NCBI RefSeq assembly: GCF_000002075.1
Contig: NW_004798045.1
Location: 225,534 to 289,533 of the forward strand
Direction: 5' to 3'
Source of the DNA: Aplysia californica
Lineage: Eukaryota
Length of the DNA stretch: 64,000 nucleotides
The notes under the pieces were generated by a model that was not told the origin of the DNA, made no database searches, and saw only the letters and a program-made list of their open reading frames with translations. Position numbers and translations under genes: made by a program. Of this stretch, positions 58,201 to 63,849 are shown in pieces; the stretch's first letter is position 1, and every line of letters begins with the position of its first letter.

Positions 58201-61200
58201 ACTCCAAAAGTTGCAGTAGTCAGAGCTTTGACTAGAAACTCAATCTTTCCCTTCACGAGCTGCAACATTTGAGAGTCTCCACCACTTTGAGAAATTTCCA
58301 CCAACAAAATCACCACATCTGGACACTAGTATACAGAAGAGAGATTAACATAAGACAAAAATCTAAACAAAACTCATTTATTTTACGATACTAATATCAC
58401 CATTCCAAACTGATGACATGAGCAAAGCTAATAATTCTTGTGATAAGAGAGATAAACAGGCAACAACAGCTTCAAGACAAAAGATGAAATAATAAAGTCC
58501 TTGAATAATGATGGATCAAATAGGTTGGAAATACAGTGTGATTCAAAAGTTGCCACAAGATGTGCTAAGATCATTCATTCAGTTCTTTTGAAATGAGAAC
58601 TTAATTCAGAGGTCCCGTGCAAGTTTTGAGAAGGGCACAGATCTAAAAGCTGGCTGAAAAATCATAAATGACATAAATGAACAATATAGATAAACAGCAT
58701 TTTGCTGAAAAGAAATAACTTTGCTATTGTGATTATGAAAAAAAAAGGAACTGTTTCTATGCTTGATGTTCTATTTTTATTAAAATGTTATTGACAGAAA
58801 CCATTTGCCATTTCATAGATTCACAAACCGCTGATTCACAGTTTTTCTCTGAAAAGAATTCTTAAATTATAGGTCATGAAAGCTTCCTGTCCACAATAGA
58901 ATTACCTTCACTTTTGAAAGTAGACGAAGAGTAAGTTTGAGTAAATTTAGAAAATCTCAGCCAAATGTAAAGAAACACTGTTCAATTCAAATAGCGAAGG
59001 AAAACTTTTCAACTAAATATTGCTGCAAGAGAGTCAACGGGTCATACAGCCTGGTATAAAAAAAACCCAGCTACGAATATAAAAATCATCTGCGCTGTCA
59101 GACGAAAACCCGACAGTTTGCTACCACGAGGCCAAAGTAAGGGAATGAAGACAAACAAGAAATGCTATACCTTATTAATAACCACACCCACAGCTTCAGT
59201 TAGCTTTTGTGCATAAGAGTCCATCTCTGATTCCTCTGTGATTGTAGGATAAGCTATCATCACAATGCATCCTTCTGAAATAAGGCTGTCTTGAAGAGGC
59301 TGGTGAAATGAAAGGGAAAAGATGAGACTACTTTCTTCTACTCTGTAAGAAAGTTGGATCATAAAAATGTAAATGGCTATGAGACAAAACTCTTTGTATC
59401 AAAAGAGTGAAAAAAGAAGAGAACACTGATTATTTGGTTCCTAGTCTGTATTCTGTGGAAGCAAAAACAGAATCAAAGCTGAACAAAATAATTGACTACA
59501 GTAAGTTTTGATACCAAATATTTATGTGGCATCGCAGTGAAACCAGGCGCTCATCAGAATAAAGAGACCGAAGAGCCCAACAGGCTCTGCCCTTTGGATT
59601 ATTCTTATCTTTTTTTTTTAGCTCCACACATTTGATGTCCATTTAAAAACATAATTCTGTGTGAATTTTACTGAACAGCGTTGAAAAAGGATAATTGTAA
59701 CTTGCAGAATAATCCTTTTTTTTTCAAAAACCAGTATCAAAGACGGACCTAATTTCAAAACATAAAATGTCTCACACTATTAATCTGGGTCTCCAGAATG
59801 TTGAAGAAATTCAAGGCACCATCAGGGTCATCTGATTTCACTTCCCATGATTCACGATATGCAAACACAGAATTGCCTCCCACAGCTGTGCTTCCACAAA
59901 GAAGGGGGATAACACCTTCTTGAAACTTTTGATCTCGAAGTATCACCAACTTCTGTTTCTGTGGTGTGAAATAATTATCAGGATCACCACCTAGAAAGAA
60001 AAACAAAACAATAAAAAAGTGATTAATTGTTGAAAAAAGAGCAAGTAAATATACACCTTAAAAGGAACCAAGAAATATTTACAAGAAAACTTTTTTTTTA
60101 CAAGCTAAGTCACCACCATTTATGGGGTAGTGAATAAACTCCCCGCCATCACTGAAGATGTTTGTTTAGTTCCTCAATGGGGAAGCTTTTTATCAAGTAT
60201 TTTCCTTTGTCTGCTATGATGCTGTATCCTGCTCAGCCCAGGCTGGCCCTCGATAGGCAGGGTCAAAGTAGCCCGCTACATTGTGTTCAAGATCCTCACT
60301 TAGATGCTAACCTCTTGCTTCACTATGTTGGTCAGCGCTCATATGACCTTAGCAGTTGCGAGCGCCGTAAAACCTTATACTATACATACTATACTATGTT
60401 GGTCAACTTGATTAGGAATGCATTACAACAGTAAGTCCTGCAAATTCTGTATTAGAAAAAAATTCAAAACAAAGATTTTGTATTGGACAGATTATAACAT
60501 AACATGACAGACTTCTGTTCAAGTTTATCACCCTGGTAGACACAGAATAGGCAATTTTGAAGACAAGGCGCTTTCAGCTTACAAACATCCCAACTCTGGC
60601 ACTATATAGTAATCCCAAGAAGGCCAGCCAATGTACATGGTCTTTAATTCAACCAACATGCAGTGTTCTTTCTCTACTAGCCAGGCAGGTGCCACAGAAA
60701 ATGAAGTCGAATGACCACATAATGCCATTGTGTGGAAAACATTTTACGGAAGGCTTTTTTTTTGGGTAAGGTTTTATGGCGCTCACATTTGAATAAGGTC
60801 ATATGAGCGCCAAAGTGTTGATGTCAACAGAAAAGTCCAAACGGGGAATCAGATTTATTGCATTCACCTCTGTAACCTCAACAGCACAAAGTCTGCTTCT
60901 ACTATCAAGACACCCCGGAAATAGTGGGTCACAAGAGTGTGACAAACATACAAAAGAAGTAGAGGACAAATGACGATAGTAAGAATGAAGAAAGAAAAAG
61001 CAGCAGTTCCCCCTATGTTGTTCCAGGACAGTGTGGGCATGACATTGATAAATCAGCCCATTTACAATTCTACTGTGCATAATAACATGTCAATATCCCC
61101 CCTTTGGGAATGGCCTAAATACACTTCAGTTAGTAGCACTGTCCTGAGGGGGAGGGGGGGAGGGGGGTAATGGAAAGCTTACCCATACCTGACACAATTA

Positions 61201-63849
61201 GTACAAAGTATCAATGATGTCTGAGGGGGGCGGAGGGGAGGATTAACTTTTTTTTAGAGGTAAGGTTATTCCTCTCATACTAAGAACCTGGCTGGATTTC
61301 AAGTTCAATCAACCAATTTCGACAAAAGAGAAAAAAATGTTCTTCATTAAAAAATGTATTAATTCAAGTACAACAGTTTTGTAATCATCGTAGACAAGAT
61401 AATAAACATTATAATTCTTGCCCCTCTTTCAAATGTACACTACACAAGACAGATGCCATAAAGAAACGTATATTGTTAGCTGTAAATTAAGCGTTATGTT
61501 TCTGCACTCTTTGTTTAGGTCTCATGCTTTCATGCTATATATATTTGAAATGAAGGTGAGACATTATCCAAGTACTTTTCCAGTAAGAAGCCTATCGTTC
61601 AGCATAAGTTTTTTCAGATTCGCAAATCTATTGACCGAAGTAGAGTGTCCTTCGATCAACAGACTGAACAGCACATCTGAGAGCATGTGGCTTGGCTAGT
61701 GTTTGGAGAAGTACAGAACATCCTCAAAGTTTTTATCATAATATCATCCACATACTAATCTTCAAGCTCCCTGATGATCGCAAGTTATTTTTGAATGTTC
61801 ACAACTCCATAACCTGTATGTAACTCTGAGAATAAATAGTTGAAATTACACAACGCAAGTAGGGTAAAGCAACAAAAACAAATATGTGAGGCAGCGTGGT
61901 GGAATGAGGCTCTCGTCAAAATAATCAAAGTGAAGAAACTTGCATTTTTCCTCAGGTTTGTGAATTTTTATAAAATTTTCGTTTTTTGGCTGAACACCTT
62001 TCATGCCCATTAAAGAACTCATTTCTGTGTGGATTTTTCTGAAAAACGTTGATTAAATTCACAAAAAATGTTAATTTTCAGTTACCACGGACTCTTAATC
62101 TAAGGAAATAACTATTTTTTGGTGGCCATTTTCTCACTAATTTTTCCTCTAAAAACAGGTGACCCCCAGCTCCTTTATTTGCTAATATCTTGACTTGTAT
62201 TCGAGATAAATGGGTATTTTTTTCATCCAAATAAAGACAAGTGAACAAGCTTCAAAATGATACCTATAACTTTACATGTCCAAAAATTGACGAGAGCCTG
62301 ATTCCACCACGCTGCCTCACATATAGTTAACAGGAAGAAAAAGTAAATTAATGAAAAAGGTAAAACAAGTTTCCAATGCCACTAAAATTAAAGGATGTAG
62401 CATATCTCTGCACTTAAGTTGCATGCTGTTCCAGCTTGAAATAAATAGATGCAAAAGAAAATAATGTTCTACTATTTTAAAGATATTTCAATGAACAGGC
62501 TATATTATTTTCAGAGTAAACATTCCTTCAATGTGTACCACAAAAATGTCTTACATAAGTGCAGTAACAGTCTAGTGCCAATTATTTTTTTTATATAACT
62601 AAAGGGTTCCCTTACAAAACATACTATGTGGCAGCGTTTAAAAAACACATAGGCACATTGATTTTCGCCCACTTCAGAGTTCAGAACCCATTTTGCACTG
62701 AAATTTCAAATCTGCAAAGACAGTGTTGAAGACTACAAAGCATTTCATTTTCAAAAAATCAAGATAGACCACTTTAACATTTTGCAGTCACTTGGCGCAA
62801 TAACGTGCCAGTGAAAATTATCCGTTCTGGTCACCTAGCGCAGTTCTGTGCCAGGTTCGAGAAGTCCGTTGCAGTCGCTCTCCTGGCTGGGTGACCATGG
62901 GGTATTTTGTACTGTTGGCTGTGTGACTGCAAAGTGTTAAGGCAGCACCAGGACGAATAAAAAGATGCTGGCCACTAATTTTGTTTGGAAGTCGGACACA
63001 CCATGTTTTGTTCCATTTTAGAACCCTAAGAGTCTCCTTATTTTCAAGACTTGCAACCCTTCAATCAACCAATTTCGACAAAAGAGAAAAAAATGTTCTT
63101 CATTAAAAAATGTATTAATTCAAGTACAACAGTTTTGTAATCATCGTAGACAAGATAATAAACATTATAATTCTTGCCCCTTTTTCAAATGTACACTACA
63201 CAAGACAGATGCCATAAAGAAACGTATATTGTTAGCTGTAAATTAAGCGTTATGTTTCTGCACTCTTTGTTTAGGTCTCATGCTTTCATGCTATATATAT
63301 TTGAAATGAAGGTGAGACATTATCCAAGTACTTTTCCAGTAAGAAGCCTATCGTTCAGCATAAGTTTTTTCAGATTCGCAAATCTATTGACCGAAGTAGA
63401 GTGTCCTTCGATCAACATAAAGACTACAAAGCATTTCATTTTCAAAAAATCAAGATAGACCACTTTAACACTTTGCAGTCACTTGGCGCAATAACGTGCC
63501 AGTGAAAATTATCCGTTCTGGTCACCTAGCGCAGTTCTGTGCCCGGTTCGAGAAATCCGTTGCAGTCGCTCTCCTGGCTGGGTGACCATGGGGTATTTTG
63601 TACTGCTGGCTGTGTGACTGCAAAGTGTTAAGGCAGCACCAGGACGAATAAAAAGATGCTGGCCACTAATTTTGTTTGGAAGTCGGACACACCATGTTTT
63701 GTTCCATTTTAGAACCCTAAGAGTCTCCTTATTTTCAAGACTTGCAACCCTTCAATATTTACCGTGGAAAGTTGTCATGTATGTTTTGCCCTGAGAGATC
63801 ATCGGACAACCAGCCCATTGAATTGCTCCTCTGGGTACCGCACAGTCCA
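1333..63849 (-). CDS. Partial multi-exon gene (52 exons, ~2196 aa in window, both ends outside): Roco-family protein, pseudoRoc-COR / Cys finger / MBT-like / LRR-EF hand-LRR / Roc / COR / TIR / TIR
   Basis: All 52 exons have AG/GT boundaries and matching intron phases, giving one open frame. Roc G1-G5, COR, LRR, EF-hand and TIR box-1 motifs are directly visible. Exons hidden in N gaps cannot be excluded. Confidence 0.9.
2454..2629 (-). CDS. Exon w51: VFINM...PPCFISYCWQNS, TIR1 end / TIR2 box 1
   Basis: CFISYxW motif; phase 0-2. Confidence 0.9.
2737..2825. repeat. (TG)n microsatellite running into N gap
   Basis: visible. Confidence 0.9.
3315..3543 (-). CDS. Exon w50: WMP...AKIFLVFMSNNFVLDEACCNLFKYA...LLADE, TIR1
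   Basis: TIR beta-C/alpha-C pattern; phase 2-0. Confidence 0.9.
4368..4894 (-). mobile_element. SINE family A, full length
   Basis: B box ggttcgaatcc on minus strand; TSD TAGCAACTGT (4358-4367 / 4895-4904). Confidence 0.88.
4897..5080 (+). mobile_element. SINE family C
   Basis: degenerate A/B boxes, body shared with 36755-36945. Confidence 0.6.
5143..5245 (-). CDS. Exon w49: DVFVSYCAKD...KIGYR, TIR1 box 1
   Basis: DVFVSY motif; tttcag / gtgaga, phase 1-2. Confidence 0.9.
5550..5790. repeat. Unclassified dispersed repeat, second copy at ~18270-18500
   Basis: shared ttactctttatctcc...cactaaattggtca...taatgaatgaa. Confidence 0.65.
6523..6615 (-). CDS. Exon w48: IMPPDSNQDFDLHL...EDVAA
   Basis: ttacag / gtcagt, phase 1-1. 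Confidence 0.85.
7873..7990 (-). CDS. Exon w47: GVKEPHMF...QCLKNFHTISIRNLH
   Basis: phase 0-1; C...H completes COR Zn motif. Confidence 0.9.
8012..8345 (-). mobile_element. SINE family B
   Basis: reverse complement of 29649-30006 type with (TTA)n tail. Confidence 0.85.
8863..9080. repeat. ~24-bp minisatellite (ccactgttcaagggttgaatatta)
   Basis: roughly 8-9 degenerate units. Confidence 0.85.
9160..9307 (-). CDS. Exon w46: GSELTVKAHG...FFMPCPDCMRL, COR-B
   Basis: phase 2-0; PCPxC motif. Confidence 0.92.
9965..10059 (-). CDS. Exon w45: VRLHQFCDSSLIWKRGSYL...HQS, COR-B
   Basis: ctacag / gtgtgc, phase 0-2; WKxG motif. Confidence 0.9.
10489..10587 (-). CDS. Exon w44: FEWPEMD...YKFDYLPAGLFNRGQ, COR-B
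   Basis: YxFxYLPxGLF motif. Confidence 0.93.
10780..11274 (+). mobile_element. RTE-type LINE 3' fragment
   Basis: EMRCLR...TRRDKIRN...KWYGHLLR, stops/frameshift, (AGTAA)n tail. Confidence 0.8.
11331..11495 (-). CDS. Exon w43: EGRLNHSD...LVPCLLLEKQPE, COR-A
   Basis: phase 0-0; LVPxLL motif. Confidence 0.92.
11636..11709. mobile_element. Tiny TTAA-flanked MITE (piggyBac-like ends)
   Basis: TTAA-cccattcact ... agtgaagggg-TTAA. Confidence 0.55.
11919..12065 (-). CDS. Exon w42: VAQAVQFLHELGSLQHF...VINPQWIVD, COR-A
   Basis: FLHxxG and PQW motifs. Confidence 0.95.
12140..12460. repeat. CA-rich compound repeat with internal duplication
   Basis: visible. Confidence 0.85.
12836..12914 (-). CDS. 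Exon w41: IQNRSVILYKELE...FDSTE, COR-A
   Basis: ttcag / gtacgt, phase 2-0. Confidence 0.88.
13666..13712 (+). pseudogene. U2 snRNA 5' fragment (degenerate)
   Basis: aacacttcttggccgttagggtaaaatcaaagtgttgtagtctgttc versus U2 5' end ATCGCTTCTCGGCCTTTTGGCTAAGATCAAAGTGTAGTATCTGTTC (recalled). Confidence 0.55.
14543..15056 (-). mobile_element. SINE family A, full length
   Basis: TSD TCTTACTGAAG (14532-14542 / 15057-15067). Confidence 0.88.
15199..15305 (-). CDS. Exon w40: GIEKLQEQL...MGEKIPGVWLNFEE, Roc end / COR start
   Basis: phase 0-2; IPxxW motif. Confidence 0.92.
15721..16270 (-). mobile_element. RTE-type LINE 3' fragment
   Basis: QLRFFGHIKR...GKIEEKNSRGRERTTY; (GAA)n tail. Confidence 0.8.
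16447..16536 (-). CDS. Exon w39: VSKVELPMKELQAKY...FVSAHTGQ, Roc G5
   Basis: ttgcag / gtgggt, 90 nt; VSAxTG motif. Confidence 0.9.
17339..17485 (-). CDS. Exon w38: FFLSDRAVYFLTW...APIFVIGTHLDQ, Roc G4
   Basis: GTHLD motif; phase 0-0. Confidence 0.95.
17620..17830 (-). mobile_element. SINE family C
   Basis: similar to 36755-36945. Confidence 0.6.
18018..18118 (-). CDS. Exon w37: IDICPW...VWDFAGQTVYYNTHQ, Roc G3
   Basis: WDFAGQxxYYxTHQ motif; phase 1-0. Confidence 0.95.
18617..18684 (-). CDS. Exon w36: SLVKALLSG...EITDG, Roc switch I
   Basis: ttgcag / gtgggt, phase 2-1. Confidence 0.9.
19208..19645. mobile_element. TA-flanked MITE family M1
   Basis: TIRs and body match 61885-62321. Confidence 0.85.
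19766..19937. mobile_element. Tc1/mariner-type MITE
   Basis: TA-CAGTATAACACGGATAG ... CTATCCGTGTTATACTG-TA. Confidence 0.85.
20315..20480 (-). CDS. Exon w35: last LRR, PPKEI linker and Roc P-loop KLMLVGLGGAGKT
   Basis: Roco signature; aag / gtgtgt, phase 1-2. Confidence 0.95.
20639..20715. repeat. (CTT)n microsatellite
   Basis: visible. Confidence 0.95.
20870..21290 (+). mobile_element. Highly decayed LINE RT fragment (RTE-like)
   Basis: remnants resembling GVKQGC..P..F and FGLxIN..KTE with many stops. Confidence 0.4.
21315..21682. mobile_element. MITE family M1 (diverged)
   Basis: atgtgaggcagcatggtgaaatc ... gattccaccgcgttgtga. Confidence 0.8.
21705..21899 (-). CDS. Exon w34: LRRs (FPEVVFELKNLTYLSL...LQNLQLGNNPNL)
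   Basis: LRR consensus; ttgcag / gtaagt, phase 1-1. Confidence 0.92.
22964..23931. mobile_element. TTAA-flanked DNA element spanning an N gap
   Basis: perfect 13-bp TIR CTCATTCGCTACG, TTAA on both sides. Confidence 0.75.
24359..24491 (-). CDS. Exon w33: EF-hand (IFRLFDEDTNGTLDPKEI)
   Basis: canonical 12-residue DxDxNGxLxxxE loop; tttcag / gttggc, phase 0-1. Confidence 0.9.
25124..25216 (-). CDS. Exon w32: VKSNVLLSKANFEDDF...ERHNQ, insert in LRR
   Basis: cgtgtag / gtaggt, 93 nt, phase 0-0. Confidence 0.85.
25230..25490. repeat. 28-30-bp minisatellite (aggaatatcagtggaaaacttgaaatattt)
   Basis: roughly 9 units. Confidence 0.9.
26110..26387. mobile_element. TTAA-flanked MITE family M2
   Basis: TTAA-ctcttt ... 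aaagag-TTAA; inverted copy at 36323-36618. Confidence 0.85.
26398..26606 (-). CDS. Exon w31: LRRs (FPPVVFKL...LEVLSLNGNCFTELP...GVMWAK)
   Basis: LRR consensus; ccttag / gtaagg, phase 1-0. Confidence 0.92.
26922..27527. mobile_element. TTAA-flanked MITE carrying a nested RTE fragment
   Basis: TTAA-ccccttcactg ... cagtgaagagg-TTAA. Confidence 0.65.
27015..27386 (+). mobile_element. RTE-type LINE 3' fragment
   Basis: RKIQYYGHLKRH; (CCAGGTA) tail; TSD ATAGTATCTTT (27004-27014 / 27387-27397). Confidence 0.8.
27549..27900 (+). mobile_element. SINE family B, full length
   Basis: A box tggcctagtgg, B box ggttcgaatcc, CORE-like middle, (TTA)n. Confidence 0.9.
28810..28995 (-). CDS. Exon w30: LRRs (LKDLGLSNNLLEKLP...LKRLDIEHNDFS)
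   Basis: LxxLxLxxNxL repeats; cag / gtaatg, phase 1-1. Confidence 0.92.
29110..29375. mobile_element. MITE family M1, inverted and partial
   Basis: ttgacgagcacctgtttccac...ccacatat end. Confidence 0.65.
29649..30006 (+). mobile_element. SINE family B, full length
   Basis: A/B boxes, CORE-like middle, (TTA)n. Confidence 0.9.
30063..30291 (-). CDS. Exon w29: KWQDL...GLKPTKL...MMCETH...SLNLSSNQLTEIP, end of module 1 plus first LRR
   Basis: tctttcag / gtgagg, 229 nt, phase 0-1; LxLxxNxL. Confidence 0.88.
30347..30500. repeat. ~40-bp tandem repeat, about 4 copies
   Basis: caatgctattacaaagttaacatcagtaatcact. Confidence 0.9.
30922..31029 (-). CDS. Exon w28: VESGLMKIIQQF...DTIAK
   Basis: aattccag / gtatct, 108 nt, phase 0-0. 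Confidence 0.8.
31542..32318. mobile_element. piggyBac-like non-autonomous element
   Basis: ccctttgaaccct ... agggctcaaaggg-TTAA. Confidence 0.55.
32835..33265. repeat. Two adjacent copies of a dispersed repeat; third at 43700-43865
   Basis: shared gatagatgtttgatag...aaaccacaccagagc. Confidence 0.65.
33301..33369 (-). CDS. Exon w27: EPLPEMKALTQGIAGADKMSVQE
   Basis: tgtgacag / gtgagt, 69 nt, phase 0-0. Confidence 0.8.
33983..34164 (-). CDS. Exon w26: DVSLVMSS...HSLHMLDNEGFEF...LLRFQH
   Basis: ctcctcag / gttggt, 182 nt, phase 1-0. Confidence 0.75.
34785..34880. repeat. (ATG/ATA)n microsatellite, likely an expanded SINE tail
   Basis: visible. Confidence 0.85.
36323..36618. mobile_element. 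TTAA-flanked MITE family M2
   Basis: TIR ctctttaaaccc/gggtttaaagag. Confidence 0.85.
36755..36945 (+). mobile_element. SINE family C
   Basis: degenerate tRNA head, shared body. Confidence 0.6.
36987..37097 (-). CDS. Exon w25: LPLLVLPES...RSFKLHPLCYFR
   Basis: tctcccag / gtgaga, 111 nt; only phase 1 is open. Confidence 0.82.
39062..39139 (-). CDS. Exon w24: VLYARQVQLRDK...KWNFS
   Basis: catttcag / gtgagc, 78 nt, phase 1-1. Confidence 0.8.
39273..39515. mobile_element. MITE with ~28-bp TIR
   Basis: tgccgtaagctgacaaaacgcctttttt ... aaaaaaggcgtttcgtaagcttacggca. Confidence 0.8.
39746..39857 (-). CDS. Exon w23: FQVPCGYQAL...PVHFPS
   Basis: tctgcctag / gtaaag, 112 nt, phase 0-1. Confidence 0.8.
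40738..40787 (-). CDS. Exon w22: GKDQGQKTPVPLWSFFK
   Basis: tgtaccag / gtaagt, 50 nt, phase 1-0. Confidence 0.75.
41186..41290 (-). CDS. Exon w21: DVDGEERHFIYSSDQLMPDG...AELS, MBT-like repeat C-half
   Basis: gccccag / gtgaga, 105 nt, phase 1-1. Confidence 0.82.
41770..41930. repeat. CA/GCAC microsatellite
   Basis: visible. Confidence 0.9.
42594..42717 (-). CDS. Exon w20: SSWSLGHSDFEPGRTLEV...GNLVL, MBT-like repeat N-half
   Basis: tactccag / gtgagc, 124 nt, phase 0-1. Confidence 0.82.
43333..43470 (-). CDS. Exon w19: LGERVRVNIILRG...NIPGIK
   Basis: ttttaacag / gtaagt, 138 nt, phase 0-0. Confidence 0.82.
44335..44585 (-). mobile_element. LINE reverse transcriptase fragment (RTE-like)
   Basis: GVRQGCGLSPLLFIIYMD...LLFAD*. 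Confidence 0.85.
44684..44816 (-). CDS. Exon w18: GSGKQLEYKGMAG...QLEPVK
   Basis: gaatag (weak acceptor) / gttagc, 133 nt, phase 2-0; N gap upstream. Confidence 0.62.
45770..45811 (-). CDS. Exon w17: RNVGEECDVNDER
   Basis: attttgcag / gtgaga, 42 nt, phase 2-2. Confidence 0.6.
47103..47116 (-). CDS. Exon w16: 14-nt microexon (RTDL-R)
   Basis: ttattctttttag|AGAACAGATCTAAG|gtaaac; converts phase 0 to the phase 2 needed downstream. Confidence 0.6.
47235..47313 (-). CDS. Exon w15: CFYCGSLLDTPCLHCLMCLECCCQFA, Cys-rich finger
   Basis: acttgcag / gtaaaa, 79 nt, phase 2-0. Confidence 0.75.
47783..47891 (-). CDS. Exon w14: GPIIPYHNYSY...MDPAE
   Basis: ctcttcag / gtagta, 109 nt, phase 1-2. Confidence 0.72.
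48291..48919. mobile_element. Kolobok-like non-autonomous element
   Basis: TTAA-GGCCACAC ... GTGTGGCC-TTAA. Confidence 0.7.
49223..49391 (-). CDS. Exon w13: RTLPCPECG...GCKKHKRINCSFL...EEHG, Zn motif ending first COR
   Basis: ttccgctag / gtgatt, 169 nt, phase 0-1; PCPEC. Confidence 0.82.
49801..49982 (-). CDS. Exon w12: VPVLFLSAR...KTKIYAA, first COR-B
   Basis: ttcacag / gtaagt, 182 nt, phase 1-0. Confidence 0.85.
49985..50260. repeat. ~34-bp minisatellite (cccttgaacacagctcatgatcagacaattatgt), decaying distally
   Basis: about 4 clean units plus degenerate ones. Confidence 0.9.
50551..50666 (-). CDS. Exon w11: TLLKIFQPLLVWKTGFFLRQG...GRLD, first COR-B
   Basis: ctcctttag / gtgagt, 116 nt, phase 2-1; WKxG motif. 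Confidence 0.85.
50725..50960 (-). mobile_element. SINE family B, 3' part
   Basis: body and (TTA)n tail. Confidence 0.8.
51118..51350 (-). mobile_element. SINE family B, 3' part
   Basis: body and (TTA)n tail. Confidence 0.8.
51401..51507 (-). CDS. Exon w10: KSMWPEPRP...CYNFLPAVPPSFYPKLL, first COR-B
   Basis: cctccag / gtaaat, 107 nt, phase 0-2; WPE...YxF...P motif. Confidence 0.85.
52999..53136 (-). CDS. Exon w9: AAHVLGLLKRQGLLLPVP...YHEIL, first COR-A
   Basis: cttgcag / gtaaga, 138 nt, phase 0-0. Confidence 0.85.
53534..53760. repeat. 38-bp minisatellite, about 6 copies
   Basis: caacacaacaatatgttattttgagttttgacgtactt. Confidence 0.9.
53782..53979 (-). CDS. Exon w8: GECLYTPNLK...QKAPGD, first COR-A
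   Basis: ttttcacag / gtgaga, 198 nt, phase 0-0. Confidence 0.85.
54100..54700 (-). mobile_element. Decayed L1/Tx1-like RT fragment
   Basis: remnants resembling ISLDxxKAFxxVxH, LFAIAL, FKYxG across frameshifts. Confidence 0.35.
55243..55371 (-). CDS. Exon w7: LPRFGASSQKELF...LGKVLNLLQNW, first COR-A
   Basis: ttccacag / gtaaga, 129 nt, phase 0-0. Confidence 0.82.
56692..56814 (-). CDS. Exon w6: TKQNFQKE...AQRVPWLHCEWEK...ADK, start of first COR
   Basis: actccag / gtgagt, 123 nt, phase 0-0. Confidence 0.85.
56974..57106 (-). CDS. Exon w5: RTWHLECLDFKGQQGMEWG...INMTV
   Basis: cttcccag / gtaatt, 133 nt, phase 2-0. Confidence 0.82.
57188..57608. mobile_element. MITE family M1
   Basis: TIRs and body match 61885-62321. 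Confidence 0.82.
58195..58325 (-). CDS. Exon w4: CPDVVILLVEISQ...TFGVT, pseudo-Roc G4 region
   Basis: atactag / gtaagt, 131 nt, phase 0-2. Confidence 0.85.
59171..59299 (-). CDS. Exon w3: PLQDSLISEGCIVMIAYP...GVVINK, pseudo-Roc
   Basis: caccag / gtatag, 129 nt, phase 0-0. Confidence 0.85.
59776..59990 (-). CDS. Exon w2: GGDPDNYFTPQKQKLVILRDQ...SWEVKSDD...ETQINS, pseudo-Roc G1-G3 region
   Basis: tttctag / gtgaga, 215 nt, phase 1-0. Confidence 0.85.
61304..63755. repeat. Local near-identical duplication X-Z-Y-X'-Y'
   Basis: 61304-61661 = 63060-63417; 62729-63065 = 63419-63755. Confidence 0.9.
61885..62321. mobile_element. MITE family M1, best-preserved copy
   Basis: TA-TGTGAGGCAGCGTGGTGGAAT...ATTCCACCACGCTGCCTCACA-TA, near-perfect ~35-bp TIR. 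Confidence 0.92.
63763..63849 (-). CDS. Exon w1 (phase 1-1): DCAVPRGAIQWAGCPMISQGKTYMTTFH, linker before pseudo-Roc
   Basis: ttttcag acceptor, gtaaat donor; phase 1 joins next exon. Confidence 0.7.

Noticed and set aside
61418-63458. Two near-identical 93-94-aa ORFs
   Set aside because: By-product of the local duplication; no coding signature.
63780-63815. AGCPMISQGKT as a Walker A motif
   Set aside because: Spacing does not fit GxxxxGK[ST], and positional alignment puts G1 at KLVILRDQ in the next exon; kept only as a caveat.
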